Of a DNA stretch of 63,959 bases, positions 38,700-49,843 are shown in pieces. The first letter of the stretch is position 1, and the number at the start of each line of letters is the position of its first letter. This DNA comes from Cyanophora paradoxa CCMP329. Its lineage: Eukaryota > Plantae > Glaucophyta. Where the stretch lies: positions 1 through 63,959 of the forward strand of contig QPMI01000447.1 of the NCBI GenBank assembly GCA_004431415.1, written 5' to 3'. The notes under the pieces are model-generated. The model worked only from the letters and a program-made list of their open reading frames with translations, was not told the origin of the DNA and did no database searches. Position numbers and translations under genes: made by a program.

Positions 38700-40797
38700 T
38701 GCAAGGGGGGAAAGAAGACCGAAGGTCTTCCCCCCCTGGCTTCCCGTTCCCTCGCCTCAGCCAAAAGTTTTCTATGAGGCCGTTTTCGAGGTCCAGTATG
38801 CAACACCAGAAAAAAATGATGCTTTATTCGCGATCCGATTGGCTCGGTGGACCGGTCAGCTTTCGACTTTCGAGCGTCAAAGTCGAGGGGAAAAAGTGGT
38901 TTTCGAGGGGAAAACGAACTTCTCCTCACTCCGGTCTTCGAACTCCTTGCGCGGTTCTGCATGGAACCAGTTCTCCCTAGCTGTCTCCTCTAGATTTCGG
39001 CTTCGTCGCAGTGCACCGCGTACGCCTTGCTCTTACTTGCGCGGTTCTGCATGGCCATGGAACCACTTCTCCCTAGCGCTGTCTCCTCTAGATTTCCATG
39101 CCACTTCCTCGCACTGCGCCGCGTACGCCGCACGGTACCCGTGCCGCCTGGACTACTTTTGACTGCATACGCGGTGCCTAGCTGCGCCGCTGATTGCAGC
39201 CGAGCACGCCCGGCCGTGCAGATCTAGACCGTGCTCTCTTGCTGCGCTCAGCACGTCTCCGAAATCGAGCTTATACCGCAGAACCGCGTGCGCCGCAGCC
39301 GAGCACGCCCGGCCGTGCAGATCTAGACCGTGCTCTCTTGCTGCGCTCAGCACGTCTCCGAAATCGAGCTTATACCGCAGAACCGCGTGCGCCGCTGCCC
39401 GCAGCCGAGCACGCCGGCCGGGCCGGGCGCTTTTGTTGCGGTCGACACTCCGCTGCTCGGCTTCTCGGTTTCGCCGCGGTGCTTGCTATACGCGCTTCGG
39501 CAGATTGCCCCGCAGCTTTATGCCCGGTAGTAGCGCTAGCTTCGCCAATTTAAATTACGCGCGTGAGTCTGCTGCTGTGCAAGTCCGCATCAGATGGGAC
39601 GGCGAGCTGCAGCCGCTTCTGTGCACGTGCCCGGAGACGTCGTACGCGTCCCGGGGCGGGACTTCGTGGCGGGTGGCGCAGGCTGCACGGTGTCGTCATC
39701 ATGCAACGGCGGAATTTGCTTACATTGTCCGGACGGAGCCCGTGAACTCTTCTGCTGGCGCCAGAACTTGTTTCGTCATGTCCGGCAGCACAGTCGCAGC
39801 GCTCGAGTTCGTGCAGTTTCGATCGAGTACTAGTCGCGCGCTGGCAAAAACGCAGCCAGCGCTCCTAACGCACGTATTCACCGCCACGCAGGGCACTTCC
39901 AATGCAGCAGTGCGTGCCCAGTCTTCAGTTGGCGTTCAGCTTTCTGAAATTATATTGCATACACAGGTCGCCGCAGCTGAAGACCACAGAAGCCCTCCCA
40001 CAGGCTGATCGTCACCTCTTCCTCTGGCGGTACCCTGTCGTTAGTTGACATGTATCTCCCGGCCGCATTGACGTGTACGCTCAGCCTGAAGCGTTTCAAC
40101 TGCCGCACGCTCAGCCTGGAGCGTTTCAACTGCCTGAGAAGAACATTGGAGTAGCGCCGGCCCGTCAAATCAATCAGGTTTGCGATATCGATAGAGTCAG
40201 CCCGAATAATGTGAATGATTTGTTGCTGCAGGCTTTGCCGCCATCGCCGTGTGCAGTGCGTAATGAATCTCAAGAGACTTCTTCAAATCGCTAAAATGCT
40301 GCAGGAACCTTCGAAATTCCTCAAAACGCGGGCGCTGCAATGGAGGGTCAGCTGATCGTGTATCGGCTTCGATTGAAAACGATCTCAATCACGCTGGCGT
40401 CGACTCAAGCCCCGTGGCCGCGGCGGCGCCCGCCCACCGCACAGATACTCTTTGCGAGTAGCGGAACCGTCGGTAAGCCGGGAAGTGCAACTGAATCACT
40501 GAACAGTGCACTCGGACCGGAAGGTAAGCCGGGAAGTGCAATCTTTCATATACAGTGCACTGAATCTGCCTTTCATTGAGGCTTTTCTTTATTCGGTTTG
40601 ATCGCAGCGTCTGCTTATCGGGCCTTTCCTATTTTTTTCAATCGTAATCTGTGTTTATCTTTACACTTCAACCTGCCCCGCGCACTGGGCCGGGGTCGAT
40701 CTAGATCTGCCCCGTGCATGTTCGTGCCTCATTATATAATTAGATCCCGATTCCCCCCTTGCACCCCCGGCGCGAGAATCGCGGCCGGGCCACTAGT
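38700..40797 (+). mobile_element. Non-autonomous Helitron2/Helentron-like element, copy 2
   Basis: 13-bp asymmetric IR TGCAAGGGGGGAA (38700-38712) and TTCCCCCCTTGCA (40751-40763), then hairpin CCCGGCGCGAgaaTCGCGGCCGGG and CCACTAGT. The empty site GAATAAGT^ACAGGATTG is present in U1 (~22164-22180) and U2; no TSD. Confidence 0.8.
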
Positions 40798-41120
40798 ACA
40801 GGATTGCAGTGCGAACTCATTTGATCATGATTTAAATTTGCTCGCATGCATATGGGTTTGCGAGCGGTACCGTCAACGCGTCCGGTCGATCGATCGCGAT
40901 GTCGTATTCTCTGCGAAAAGCTCCACGGGGCGCAACCTGTCGGGGCGGGAGACTTGTTGCGCCCCCCGCAGGTCTTCGCAGCTTAGCAGCCGGGCATATG
41001 CACGCGTACGGTCATAATCATGATCTGCAGCTGTGATCCAGAAACTCGGAAACTCAAAATAGGAAGCTGTTCTCATCTCAAAAAACATCTGTTCTCATCA
41101 GGTCAGGAGCACGCGTACGT

Positions 41121-41181
41121 GCCCCCCCCCTCCCCCCCCCCCCTCCCCCCCTCCTACACACACACACACACACACACACAC
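41121..41181. repeat. Poly-C tracts followed by a (CA)n microsatellite
   Basis: Direct reading of the sequence. Confidence 0.9.
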
Positions 41182-41559
41182 TGTGTGACACCCCTTAATT
41201 GCAAACCCTCACAACACAACGCCATTCTCCCCATCAAGCCCTTCGAACTTCATTTCCTTTTCCCTGCAGGCCGGCTTATAATTAAGCTTGCGCCGGCGGT
41301 AACGTTAACTCTGGCTGCAGGCTGCGAAAAAACAACAAAAAACAGCTAGAGCTCGCGAGATCTTCACCACAATCATTGAATATGATTCGAGCCTTGCATG
41401 ATTCGAGGAAGGTCGAATTGCATGATTCGAGGATGGTCGAATTCGCGGAGGCATGTGCATGGCGATCATAATTAGGAGGTCGGGCGTGCAGCTTGGCAGG
41501 GCTAATTACAGGGGCCGGGGGGCGCCGGCGCCGGGACAAGAAGGTCCGCGGGTGCAGCG

Positions 41560-41920
41560 GGGCGGCGGTTAATCCGTAGGAGGTGATGCCAGCCGATCGA
41601 TGTGGCGTCAAAGGGGATGTCGAGGGCTTGGCAGACGGCGGCGAGGGCGCGCCGCGCCGCCGCCTCGTCGACCTTCCGGATCCGGTGCGCGCGCACGCAT
41701 GTGAGATCGAACGCACGCGATCGCGCGAGGCCGCAGCGATGTGCAGCTGGGGCGATCGGGGGCAACGTACGCGGAGGGTTGGACCAGGGATGTGGAGGTG
41801 CGTAATGCGTCCGCGGCCCTGCAGCTGCGCATGCCCCGCTGTCTCGGGATCCGGAATCTCGTCCTCCGGATCCGGAGACAGAATATAGACCACGTGCTGT
41901 TTGAAAGTGAGGAAAGCCTG
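41560..41920 (-). pseudogene. Orphan two-exon gene fragment lacking its 5' exons
   Basis: Acceptor CGCAG followed by AFLTFKQHVVYILSPDPEDEIPDPETAGHAQLQGRGRITHLHIPGPTLR, an intron, then IRKVDEAAARRALAAVCQALDIPFDATSIGWHHLL. No upstream start found. Confidence 0.4.
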
Positions 41921-42037
41921 CGCGAGTGAGGAATTGTTAACTTAGTAAGCTTAAGAGCCGCCCTCTATCAGGGACTAACGTGTGCAACCCCCCCCCCCGG
42001 TATACGTCAATTCAAACTCGGCGGCAAATTTTTGAAC

Positions 42038-45000
42038 ATGGCGGCACCGGCGGCACCCGCGGCGGGCTCCGTGCCCGCGGGAGAAATCGAACGTGTCGTG
42101 ATCCACAGGAAGGGCAGCCCGGATGCGCCGCCTGTGCATTTCAAGCCGGACATGCTCAACGCCCGCCCCGTTGACGTTGTCCTGCGGCTGCTCAAGACGA
42201 CTGTGTTTCAGAATCTGGACGCCGAGAACATGGAATTCGTGCTCGAGAAGCGCCACGACGGCACGTCGGAGGAGCTCGAAGACATCAGCCTCCTGTGCTC
42301 CACCTCGGGCTGGAAGACGGGCAAGCAGGGCGTCTACTACACGGCAATGGGTGCGCGTGCTCACGCTAACCGCCGCCCGCGCTAACCGCTCGGCGCGCAG
42401 ACGACCAGCCCGAGGTCGCCGCGCCGGCCGAGCCCGCCCAACGGCGGCCACCTTCGGGGTCCGGTTTAGCGGCCGCTCCAGTCAGGGCCTTGCGGACGCG
42501 GTCGCGAGCTCGGGGCGCGGTGCGCTCGCAATCGCCGCCATGTCGATTCAAATTTTGGCGCCCAACTGACATTCAAATTTTGGCGCCACGCGCACAGGCT
42601 CGGGCGGCCCACGATCGTGCGCCCGCATCCTCGCGTCGCCATGCGATCCTCCTCACGCTATACGCGCAGCCGGAGGGGTTCGACCCCTCGGCAAGGTGGC
42701 CCTCGCGCCCAGGTGACGACGAATGCGAAGGCCAAGGCCGCCGCGGCCGCGGTCACTCAGAAAGAGAAGGTCATGGCTGCGGCGGGTGCCGCGGTGAAGA
42801 GCGGAAAGGGAATCGAGGCAGTCAAGCCTACGCCCTTCTCATTCGCGACCTACGCCCCGGCCGCGGACGCGGCCTGGAAGCCTCTCCACGACATGCTCGC
42901 GATCCTCGGGAAGAGTTCCGCACCGAGTGCGTCGCGATCCTCGGCTCGTTGCTTCCGTGATTGCGCGGGTCTTCCTTTCGAACCTGATCGCGCGTCTTCG
43001 TCGCAGTACACATCCTGAGCGAGGAGATTTTCGTGAACTACTTCGACCCGAAGGGCTTCGAGATGGCGCGGAACATCACGAACCGCAGCGCGAACCAGCC
43101 GGAGTGGGGGAACACGCTGACTGTTGCCACGGCTGTCATCACCGAGATCGTGGATCCGAGCAACCCCGCGAAGAAGATGCATGTCGTCCCCCTGGACAAC
43201 ATCGAGAAGATGTGGGTCATGCAGGTTAGCCGCCTAGCAGCATGCATTGCGTCCTCTTCTTCCCCATCCCACCTCTTCCTTTTTTCCTTCTTTCTCTGTG
43301 CTCACTGCATGCTTTTTGAACACCCGCAGGACCCTGTCAGCATGCAGGACTGGAACCTCTTCGTGAACAAGCACTTGGCCAAACCGACTGGCCAGCACAT
43401 CATCTTCATGGGCGAACCCACCGCCAAGATTGTCAGGACGTGCGTGCATGCCTTTGATTCCTCTTCTCTGGCCTCTAGAGCACACTGACCGCTTGCTTTC
43501 GAGCAGTTCGTAAACAAGAAGGCTGAATTGGCCGCCCGCCGGAGCCGTGGTGTGGCCGACTTCCAGGAGCCCCGGTACAACGTCGTCTTCAAGCTCGGGA
43601 CGTCCGGGAAGGATCCAACGACCATCACAATCGAGATCGAAGGCATGCTTGATCCGCACCCCTACACGCAGCTCGCTGGTCTGTGCTCCTTTCTCCTTTC
43701 TTGGCTTGTGCTCCTTTCTGTAAAGGTCCCTCTTCAGTCTAACCTTAGCACCTGCTCTTCTATCTGCAGATGCATTCTCAGCGTTCATGACGAAGAAGCT
43801 GAACGCTGAGGAGCCCCTGGAAGTGTACAAGATGTTCGTCCCAACAAGCCGCCGAAGGGCGCGGGCCGGCGGCCCAACAACTTCCAGGACGCCGTGAATG
43901 AAATCACCCTGACAACTTCCCAGTGTCCAGTGCGTTGTGCTCTCCTGGCACCCGATGCACCGCGCCCTTCTCTGATGCATGTGCCCCGTGCAGAGCTCAC
44001 CGAGGTGATGGCCTACGAGGCGAACTGCAACTACATCGGTGTGGTGCTCACATCGATGTACTTCGAGCGGGGGTCGCAGCATGCCATCCTGCGGACGATG
44101 ACTACGCCCGAAAAGGTTCTCAGACTGCCCTTCCTGCTTAGTTCCCTCTGTCCACCGAATCTCACTCTGGTGCTGAGCAGAAATACTCCCTCAACCGCAA
44201 GGACCCGGAGCGGCTGGTCAATCCACGTCGGGCGGCGCCCTCCTGCAGTCGTATGTCAACGGCATTGCAATGTGCCACGCCGCCATGTTCCACAAGATGT
44301 GCCCACCGACGTCCTCAAGCTGCGGGACGGCATGACTCGCCCGCTCTCGGTCTGTGACAGCTCAGGCTCCAACCCAACCTTGCAGGGACTGCCTGACTCT
44401 TGCAGCAGCTCCGCATCGAGGATGCCCATCGGGAGCTCGTGAACCTGGAGCTGCGGCCGTACGTCGTCCCGGAGGACAAGCTCGAGGACGCGATGAAGGA
44501 TGCCCGCAACGGTACGCCCGTTTCTGCCCCTCGCCGTCCCCTGTCTCATGCTTCTGGAGCAGGGAAGTCTGCTTTCCTCGTCCATCCTTGCAGTGTTTGC
44601 GGCTACAAGCGCATCGGCAACCCGGAGCACGACGAAATTGTGGAGAAGTTCAGCAGGACCAGCAAGCACGTCTTCGTCTGCGACTGGCTCGGCTACAAGT
44701 GCTACAGGGCCCTGCTTCGGCGTGTGCCGGCAGGGGTCCAAGGACTTCTGCCACTGCGAGGAGGAGGACGGGCCCGTGGAGGACGTGGAACACGTGGAGA
44801 AAACGCCGGCGCCTCCGAAGCGGGGCCGGCGGTCCAAGACGGAGAAGGAGGCAGCAGCCCAGGCCCTCCCTGCGGCCCGCCCCTCCCTGACCCCAAGCTC
44901 GGCTCCTCCTCTTCCGATCCCCTCCCTCTCGACACCCCGGCCGCCTCGAGCTCCGTCCGGCGCGGAGGGTTCGCGCAAGCGTGCCCGCACGATGAACTAC

Positions 45001-45111
45001 GCCGTCCTCGCCAGCGGCGGGCTCGACCTGGAGGCCGCAAAGGAGAAGGCGCAGCAGGAGAAGGGCAGCAGTAGTTGCTCTGAAGTAGCTGCTAGCTCTG
45101 CACAGCAGTAG
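42038..45111 (+). CDS. Orphan multi-exon protein A with a Cys cluster and basic low-complexity C-terminus; several apparent frameshifts
   Basis: Coding exons with GT-AG introns: MAAPAAPAAGSVPAGEIERVVIHRKG.., VNYFDPKGFEMARNITNR.., DPVSMQDWNLFVNKHL.., ELTEVMAYEANCNYIGVVL.., VCDWLGYK/GPCFGVCRQGSKDFCHC, PPKRGRRSK. Confidence 0.65.
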
Positions 45112-45482
45112 CTGCAGATAGCCTGTGCTCTTGGTAGGATTTTATTTCCTTCATGTCCATTCCGAGCTCTCCCGCTGGGCTCGCAACTCTATATATGTAT
45201 CCATGTGTTTGCTATCTATAGTAATGTGCTGTCTATCGCTGTGTATGTATCTATGTCGGCTGTTTATCGCTGTGTATGTATTGTGTGCAATCTGGATTGA
45301 TTTCGTATGTGTGCCTGCGCTCTCCTCTCTGCGTGCCTGGCCATGCATGCATCCCTTCAAGGTTCCCTTCCCAAGTTGACAACAACATCTCGTGTTCAGA
45401 GCACGACTCAGCGACACGTTCACAGAGCTTCACGCGGAACAGGAAGCGCCGCGGGAGGGAGCGACCCCCGCACGGCTAGCGC

Positions 45483-46084
45483 CTAGCGCCAGCAGTTGCG
45501 GCAGCGAGCGCCCTCCTTGTTGTACTTGGGGTCCGAGGCCCGGAGCGCCTCCTCCGAGCTGAACTCGGGCCAGAGGATCTTCCCCTTCATCTGCGCGCAC
45601 CGCCTTTAGCTACTGAGTGCCTCAAAGCCGGGGCACGCGAGCTGTACGCACGCGGAGGGCCGGGCACGTCGGGTTCTGGCCCGAGACCTTGGAGACCTTG
45701 TGGATCTTGCCCGTCGACGGACTCCCGGTGTACTTCTCGTTCGGTGGAGGAGGAGATGCGTTGCGCCGAGCTTGCGCGCGGCGGGCTGCGGGGGCGCAGG
45801 GCGCTGACCTAGCTCGGCGCGGATGGCGGTTCAAACGAGGACGCGCCACGGGCGACGGCGGCCGCGTACCTTCCTCGACTTCCGTCTTTATCGTGCGCAC
45901 CTCCACCGTGAGCGCCTCCAGCTGCCGCTGGAGGTCGGCGATGAGCTCGCGTTCGGAGGAGCGGCGCCCGCAGCGGACGCCGGCTCGGGGCTGCTGCAGG
46001 CCGCCGGAAAGTGAACTCCTTGCCGCGAAGCGGCCCGGACTCAAAGACGCCGGCCGCGGCAGGTGCCGGGTTGCGCGAGTCCAT
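45483..46084 (-). CDS. Small protein with a coiled coil and an Ada metal-binding-like (H-C-C-C) zinc finger
   Basis: Splicing the intron GTGCGT...GCGCAG in phase 0 gives YTGSPSTGKIHKVSKVSGQNPTCPALR|MKGKILWPEFSSEEALRASDPKYNKEGARCRNCWR*, resembling the Y.GS..S.K.H..C......F.S.EEA...G.R.C..C pattern. Upstream ELIADLQRQLEALTVEVRTIKTEVEE requires one indel. Confidence 0.55.
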
Positions 46085-46126
46085 GGTTTGACGGCGTCGT
46101 CAAGCCAGGGGGTACGCGTCGTTACC

Positions 46127-48088
46127 ATGCTCCCGGCTGCGGCCGCCGGTGCTCCTGCGCCGCCCGTGGCGGCTGTCGCGGCCGCGCAGTTTGAGCAGCC
46201 GGGTGAGCAGCTCCCCGACCTCATCGTAACAGCCGTGAAGGATATATCGAAGCACGGCGAGAACACCGTGTCACTGGCACCGGCGAAACTAGATGCTTTC
46301 ATCGCCGAAGTGGCGGCGATCTTCGACGTTCCCGAATTCGCACGGCCCTTGCTCAAACTCTACGTGGTGCTCTGCGGCGCTGGCCACTGGGTGCCCAACC
46401 AGCAGGTCGGCAGTTCGCCGCCCGTCGATGCTCGCCTGCTTCTGAATGCGCGCAGATATTCGACAAGCACATCCGGCAGGGAAATCTATACTACTTCATC
46501 AGCACCAACCCCTGCGATGTGCCGAAGCTGCTCGCGGAGCAGGCGAAGTCGGCGGAGCAGCTGCACCACAGGCAGCGCGGGCGGGCATCGGCGCCACGTC
46601 CAAGCCAAAGCGAACCCCGCAGCAGGTTCGGCCCGCGCAGACAGGCGCGCGCGGCATGTTCACTGCTGAACAAATCGAGCAGCACACAGACCAACTCAAC
46701 TTGCAGTGGATCCAGAAGACCGTGGGCCAGCGGAAACTCTTCCTGGCAACCAAAAACCAAGCTCTTGCTGGGGAGCGCGACGAAGTTCGTCGCCGAGAAA
46801 GCCACGAAATGTGCCCAGCAGAGGACGAAGGCTTCCTTGTCCCTCGCCGCAGATCTGTGAGCATTCTGATGGTGAACCCCGTCTGCGCTCCGCTGACTCG
46901 TATCTGCAGGCTTTCGTGTGCCGAGATGTGCAAGCGGGAAGCCGGGACGTTGTGTTTCCTGACGATAAGATGAACGATATGGAGAGTCTCATGAGCAAGC
47001 ACGTGGTTGAGAAACAGCCGATTTCTCTGGCCGAAGCTAAACCGTTCATCGTATTCCTGGTGAATCAACAGTTCAAATCCGAGACTAAATTGCGTGCTCT
47101 CTTTATGGAGAATCTCAAAACCTCCCACAACATCGACAGCGTGGTTTGTGTCCTTCCCTTCACTCTCCTGCCCGCATCCTGATCACGGCTCACAGAAGGC
47201 AATTGCCGGGCTGGAGAGCAGGAGAATGCATCGACGAGCCAGGGCACGTTTGTGCTTGCGCGTACTAAATTCCGTCGGGTCCGGCTGCAGCTCACGGGTC
47301 AGCAGATGAGGAGGAGGAGGAGGAAGAGGAGGCTCGTCGCCGCACTCCAGAGGAGCGGGCCCTCCTTCTCAATGCCATGGCGGACAAAGCGTTGGCTGGA
47401 GCAGGGCGGGCCCTTCCCCGCCTCCTGCCCTGCCTCCTGCCCGCCTGCTGCTATACCTCCACCCCCCCTGTGGATCTTCAGAAGGAGGAGGAGGGGGGGG
47501 GAAGAGGAGGACGAGGACGAGGACGAGATGTGGCTCCTGACGGCGTCGAGGCCGATGATGGCACGTGTGAACCCGAAAGACTCCCGTCTGTATCCTAACT
47601 TTCTTCAGAATCGAAGCGATCGAAGGCGGGGGCAGCAGCAAGGCCCAAGGAGAAGAGCACAGGAAGGAAGAAAAGACGAATCACGTGCGTGTAGCCCTTC
47701 CTTCAATTGTGTGTTCTTTTACACGTGAATGATCGAAATCGCAGCGAGACCGATGAGATCCCGCTGCCTGAAATTCGGGTTGTAGACCAGGCCGAAGGAA
47801 GAACGTTGTGGACGTTCATTTCCAGATTCCAGCAGGCGTGTGCAAGTTGGAGGAGAAGCAGAGGCATGCAGTCATTTGGAAGCGGGTTCTGGAGAACGGG
47901 CGCAACACGATTCCACTCAAGCTCGACATGTCGACCAGGATGTGGAAAGAGAAAAAGCCTTCAACAAGGAAGGAATACAGGTGTGGTCAGCAATAGTCGA
48001 AAGCAACGGCAATGGTGGCCTCGCCATAGTCAAAAAAAGCAAGAACAGCCGGGTCTTAGACACTAACAATCCAGATGCTAAACCCTAG
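46127..48088 (+). CDS. Orphan multi-exon protein B with acidic (poly-Glu) tracts
   Basis: Exons MLPAAAAG..PDLIVTAVKDISKHGENTVSLAPAKLDAFIAEVAAIFDVPEFARPLLKLYVV, IFDKHIRQGNLYYFIS, AFVCRDVQAGSRDVVFPDDKMNDM..; last exon ends ..SRVLDTNNPDAKP*. Confidence 0.6.
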
Positions 48089-48826
48089 CATGTTTCTTCA
48101 GTGCAATGCTTTCTTGTCCTTTCGTACCACGCGTCCGGGGTTGAGGGTGTGCAATCATCTCTGTACTCTGTACTCGTGAACATCCAGAGAAAGAACTACC
48201 TTGACCAGAGACTGCAGCTAGCCGAGATGCGAGCAGCTCCAGAGAAAGAACTACCTTGACCAGAGACTGCCTAGCTATAGCCATATGCCTAGCTGCAGCT
48301 CGCGTGAGTGTCCATATGCTAGCTGCAACTGCGGGACGAGCGCAAGGACTCGATGGGGCGCACGGGCTCAAGAAGAGGGGAAGCGCGGCCGATGCAGACG
48401 CGCTTGCGTGCCACGGTGCGCGCTTTCGCCACGCAGCCGTGGCCCTTCCGCGACTCCGGTGATCGTAATGCTCCCGTCAGGCTTGCCGGAGGGCGTGCCA
48501 AAGCCGCAGCGGGACGCCACCTGCGGTATTGACGCATCGTAAATGGCCCGTGCGGCGCCGCGGGCGGTGCACGGCGCTGCGCCGGCGATGGGATCGCAGT
48601 CTGTGTGCGTACCGTAGGCGGATGCGAGCCTCGGGCGTGCCTATTCGCAGCCCGCCGCGAGAACAGGTGTGTTGCCAACTGGCACGCCCGAGCGAGGCGG
48701 CGCGGGATGGGCTGGGCGGCGCCAGGTCACTGGCGGCTCGCTCGCGCCGAGCTCGCTGCAGGAGCGCTCGGCGGCTCCGGGATGGCTGAGTCCGGTGTAC
48801 CCGGGAGGTGTTGGGTACGCAGCGAA

Positions 48827-49567
48827 ATGGCCGCGGGTGGCGCGAGCCCGGCCCAGCCAAGCAGCATCGAGGAGGAGACTCTGCGCGGCTACGTGGACCA
48901 GAGGAAGACGGCCGCTGAGATACTGACTCTGCTAGCCGAGCAGCACGGCATCAACCTCAACAGGCGCGCTCTGCGCTCCAGGCTCCGCGAGCTTGGCCTC
49001 TCAACGAACTACGCTCTCTCTTTCAATGTCCTTTGTGTCGCCGTGCTGGAGGTTGTTAACTTAAATGGCCCCTTTTCGGCGGCGGCATGATCCGCACGGC
49101 CCTCCGCGCCCAAGGCATCACAGCGTCGAAGTCGAGGATTCGGAAGGCCTCGCGGTGTTCGATCCGTGTGGCGCGAGGTCCGCGGGATCCGCGCGATCCT
49201 CCGCGAGCGAGGAATCAAAGCGTCGGAGTCATGGATTCAGCGCGTCGCCAGCGCCGCGCCATGAAGATAGAGTGCGATCTGCCATGCTGCACTAGTATAT
49301 CCCAGTCTATCCCAATCTGGCTCACGCGTGCCTTGCCGCGGTGTGCAGGTCACACATGCCCGTGCCTACAACCCAGCTGTGCAGGGCCGGAAGGAGCTCC
49401 GCGATCGCTTCGTCAACTACGCCCGCGCGCGCCCCGATACAACGGGTCCGCGCCGCTGCAATGCGTTCCGCTGTTCCGCTGAGGCGCTGCTTGCTCACAG
49501 GTACTTCGCATTTGCCTACGGCTGGACCCTCGTCCCGACCAGCCCGAGAAAATCTACAGACCTATAG
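48827..49567 (+). CDS. Clr5-like/IS3EU-transposase N-terminal HTH protein with no DDE core visible
   Basis: EETLRGYVDQRKTAAEILTLLAEQHGINLNRRALRSRLRELGLS..VLCVAVLEVVNLNGPF(fs)GMIRTALRAQGITASKSRIRKASR.FDP resembles the double-HTH region preceding the integrase-like core of eukaryotic IS3-like transposases. The following exons end quickly (..YGWTLVPTSPRKSTDL*). Confidence 0.55.
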
Positions 49568-49843
49568 ATATGTACAGGTCAATGATGGAGTAGGTGACTC
49601 GTGTGCATGTGCCTTCGCATCCTTCACTTTGCACGTTCCTTGCTTGTGCCCTTTCATTTGTGTACAATTATTCTTTAAGCAGCTACTTTTGCTCCTTTGA
49701 CACGCTGCACAAGCCACAGGGCCGCCGGGCAAGAAAGGCAATCAATATGGACTTAAAGCATCTGAACAGAAAAACAATGAAGCCTGAGGGATCTCTCGGA
49801 GTTGAAGCCCTACAAAGATCTCATTAAGGGCGTGCATCCAGCA

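Larger units (their letters stand above)
16770..41030 (+). repeat. Tandem segmental array of 4 units: U1 17248-23672, U2 23673-30194, U3 30195-33714 (~3-kb internal deletion), U4 33715-~41030 (interrupted); diverged homologous tail at ~16770-16880
   Basis: The anchor CCGAAACCTCTGTACCCTGCGCCGG recurs at 17248, 23673, 30195 and 33715, and identical ORF translations recur in each unit. Confidence 0.95.

Noticed and set aside
41785-41810. HLH motif (ITHLHI) suggesting an HUH endonuclease
   Set aside because: An isolated tripeptide in a gene fragment, with no downstream catalytic Tyr motif recognised.
42547-42588. Duplicated ATTCAAATTTTGGCGCC (E2F-like site)
   Set aside because: It lies inside a predicted intron of gene A and is explained by a local duplication.
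48183-48270. Two 32-bp direct repeats with a short spacer (CRISPR-like)
   Set aside because: Only two copies, eukaryotic context and no cas genes; a simple tandem duplication.
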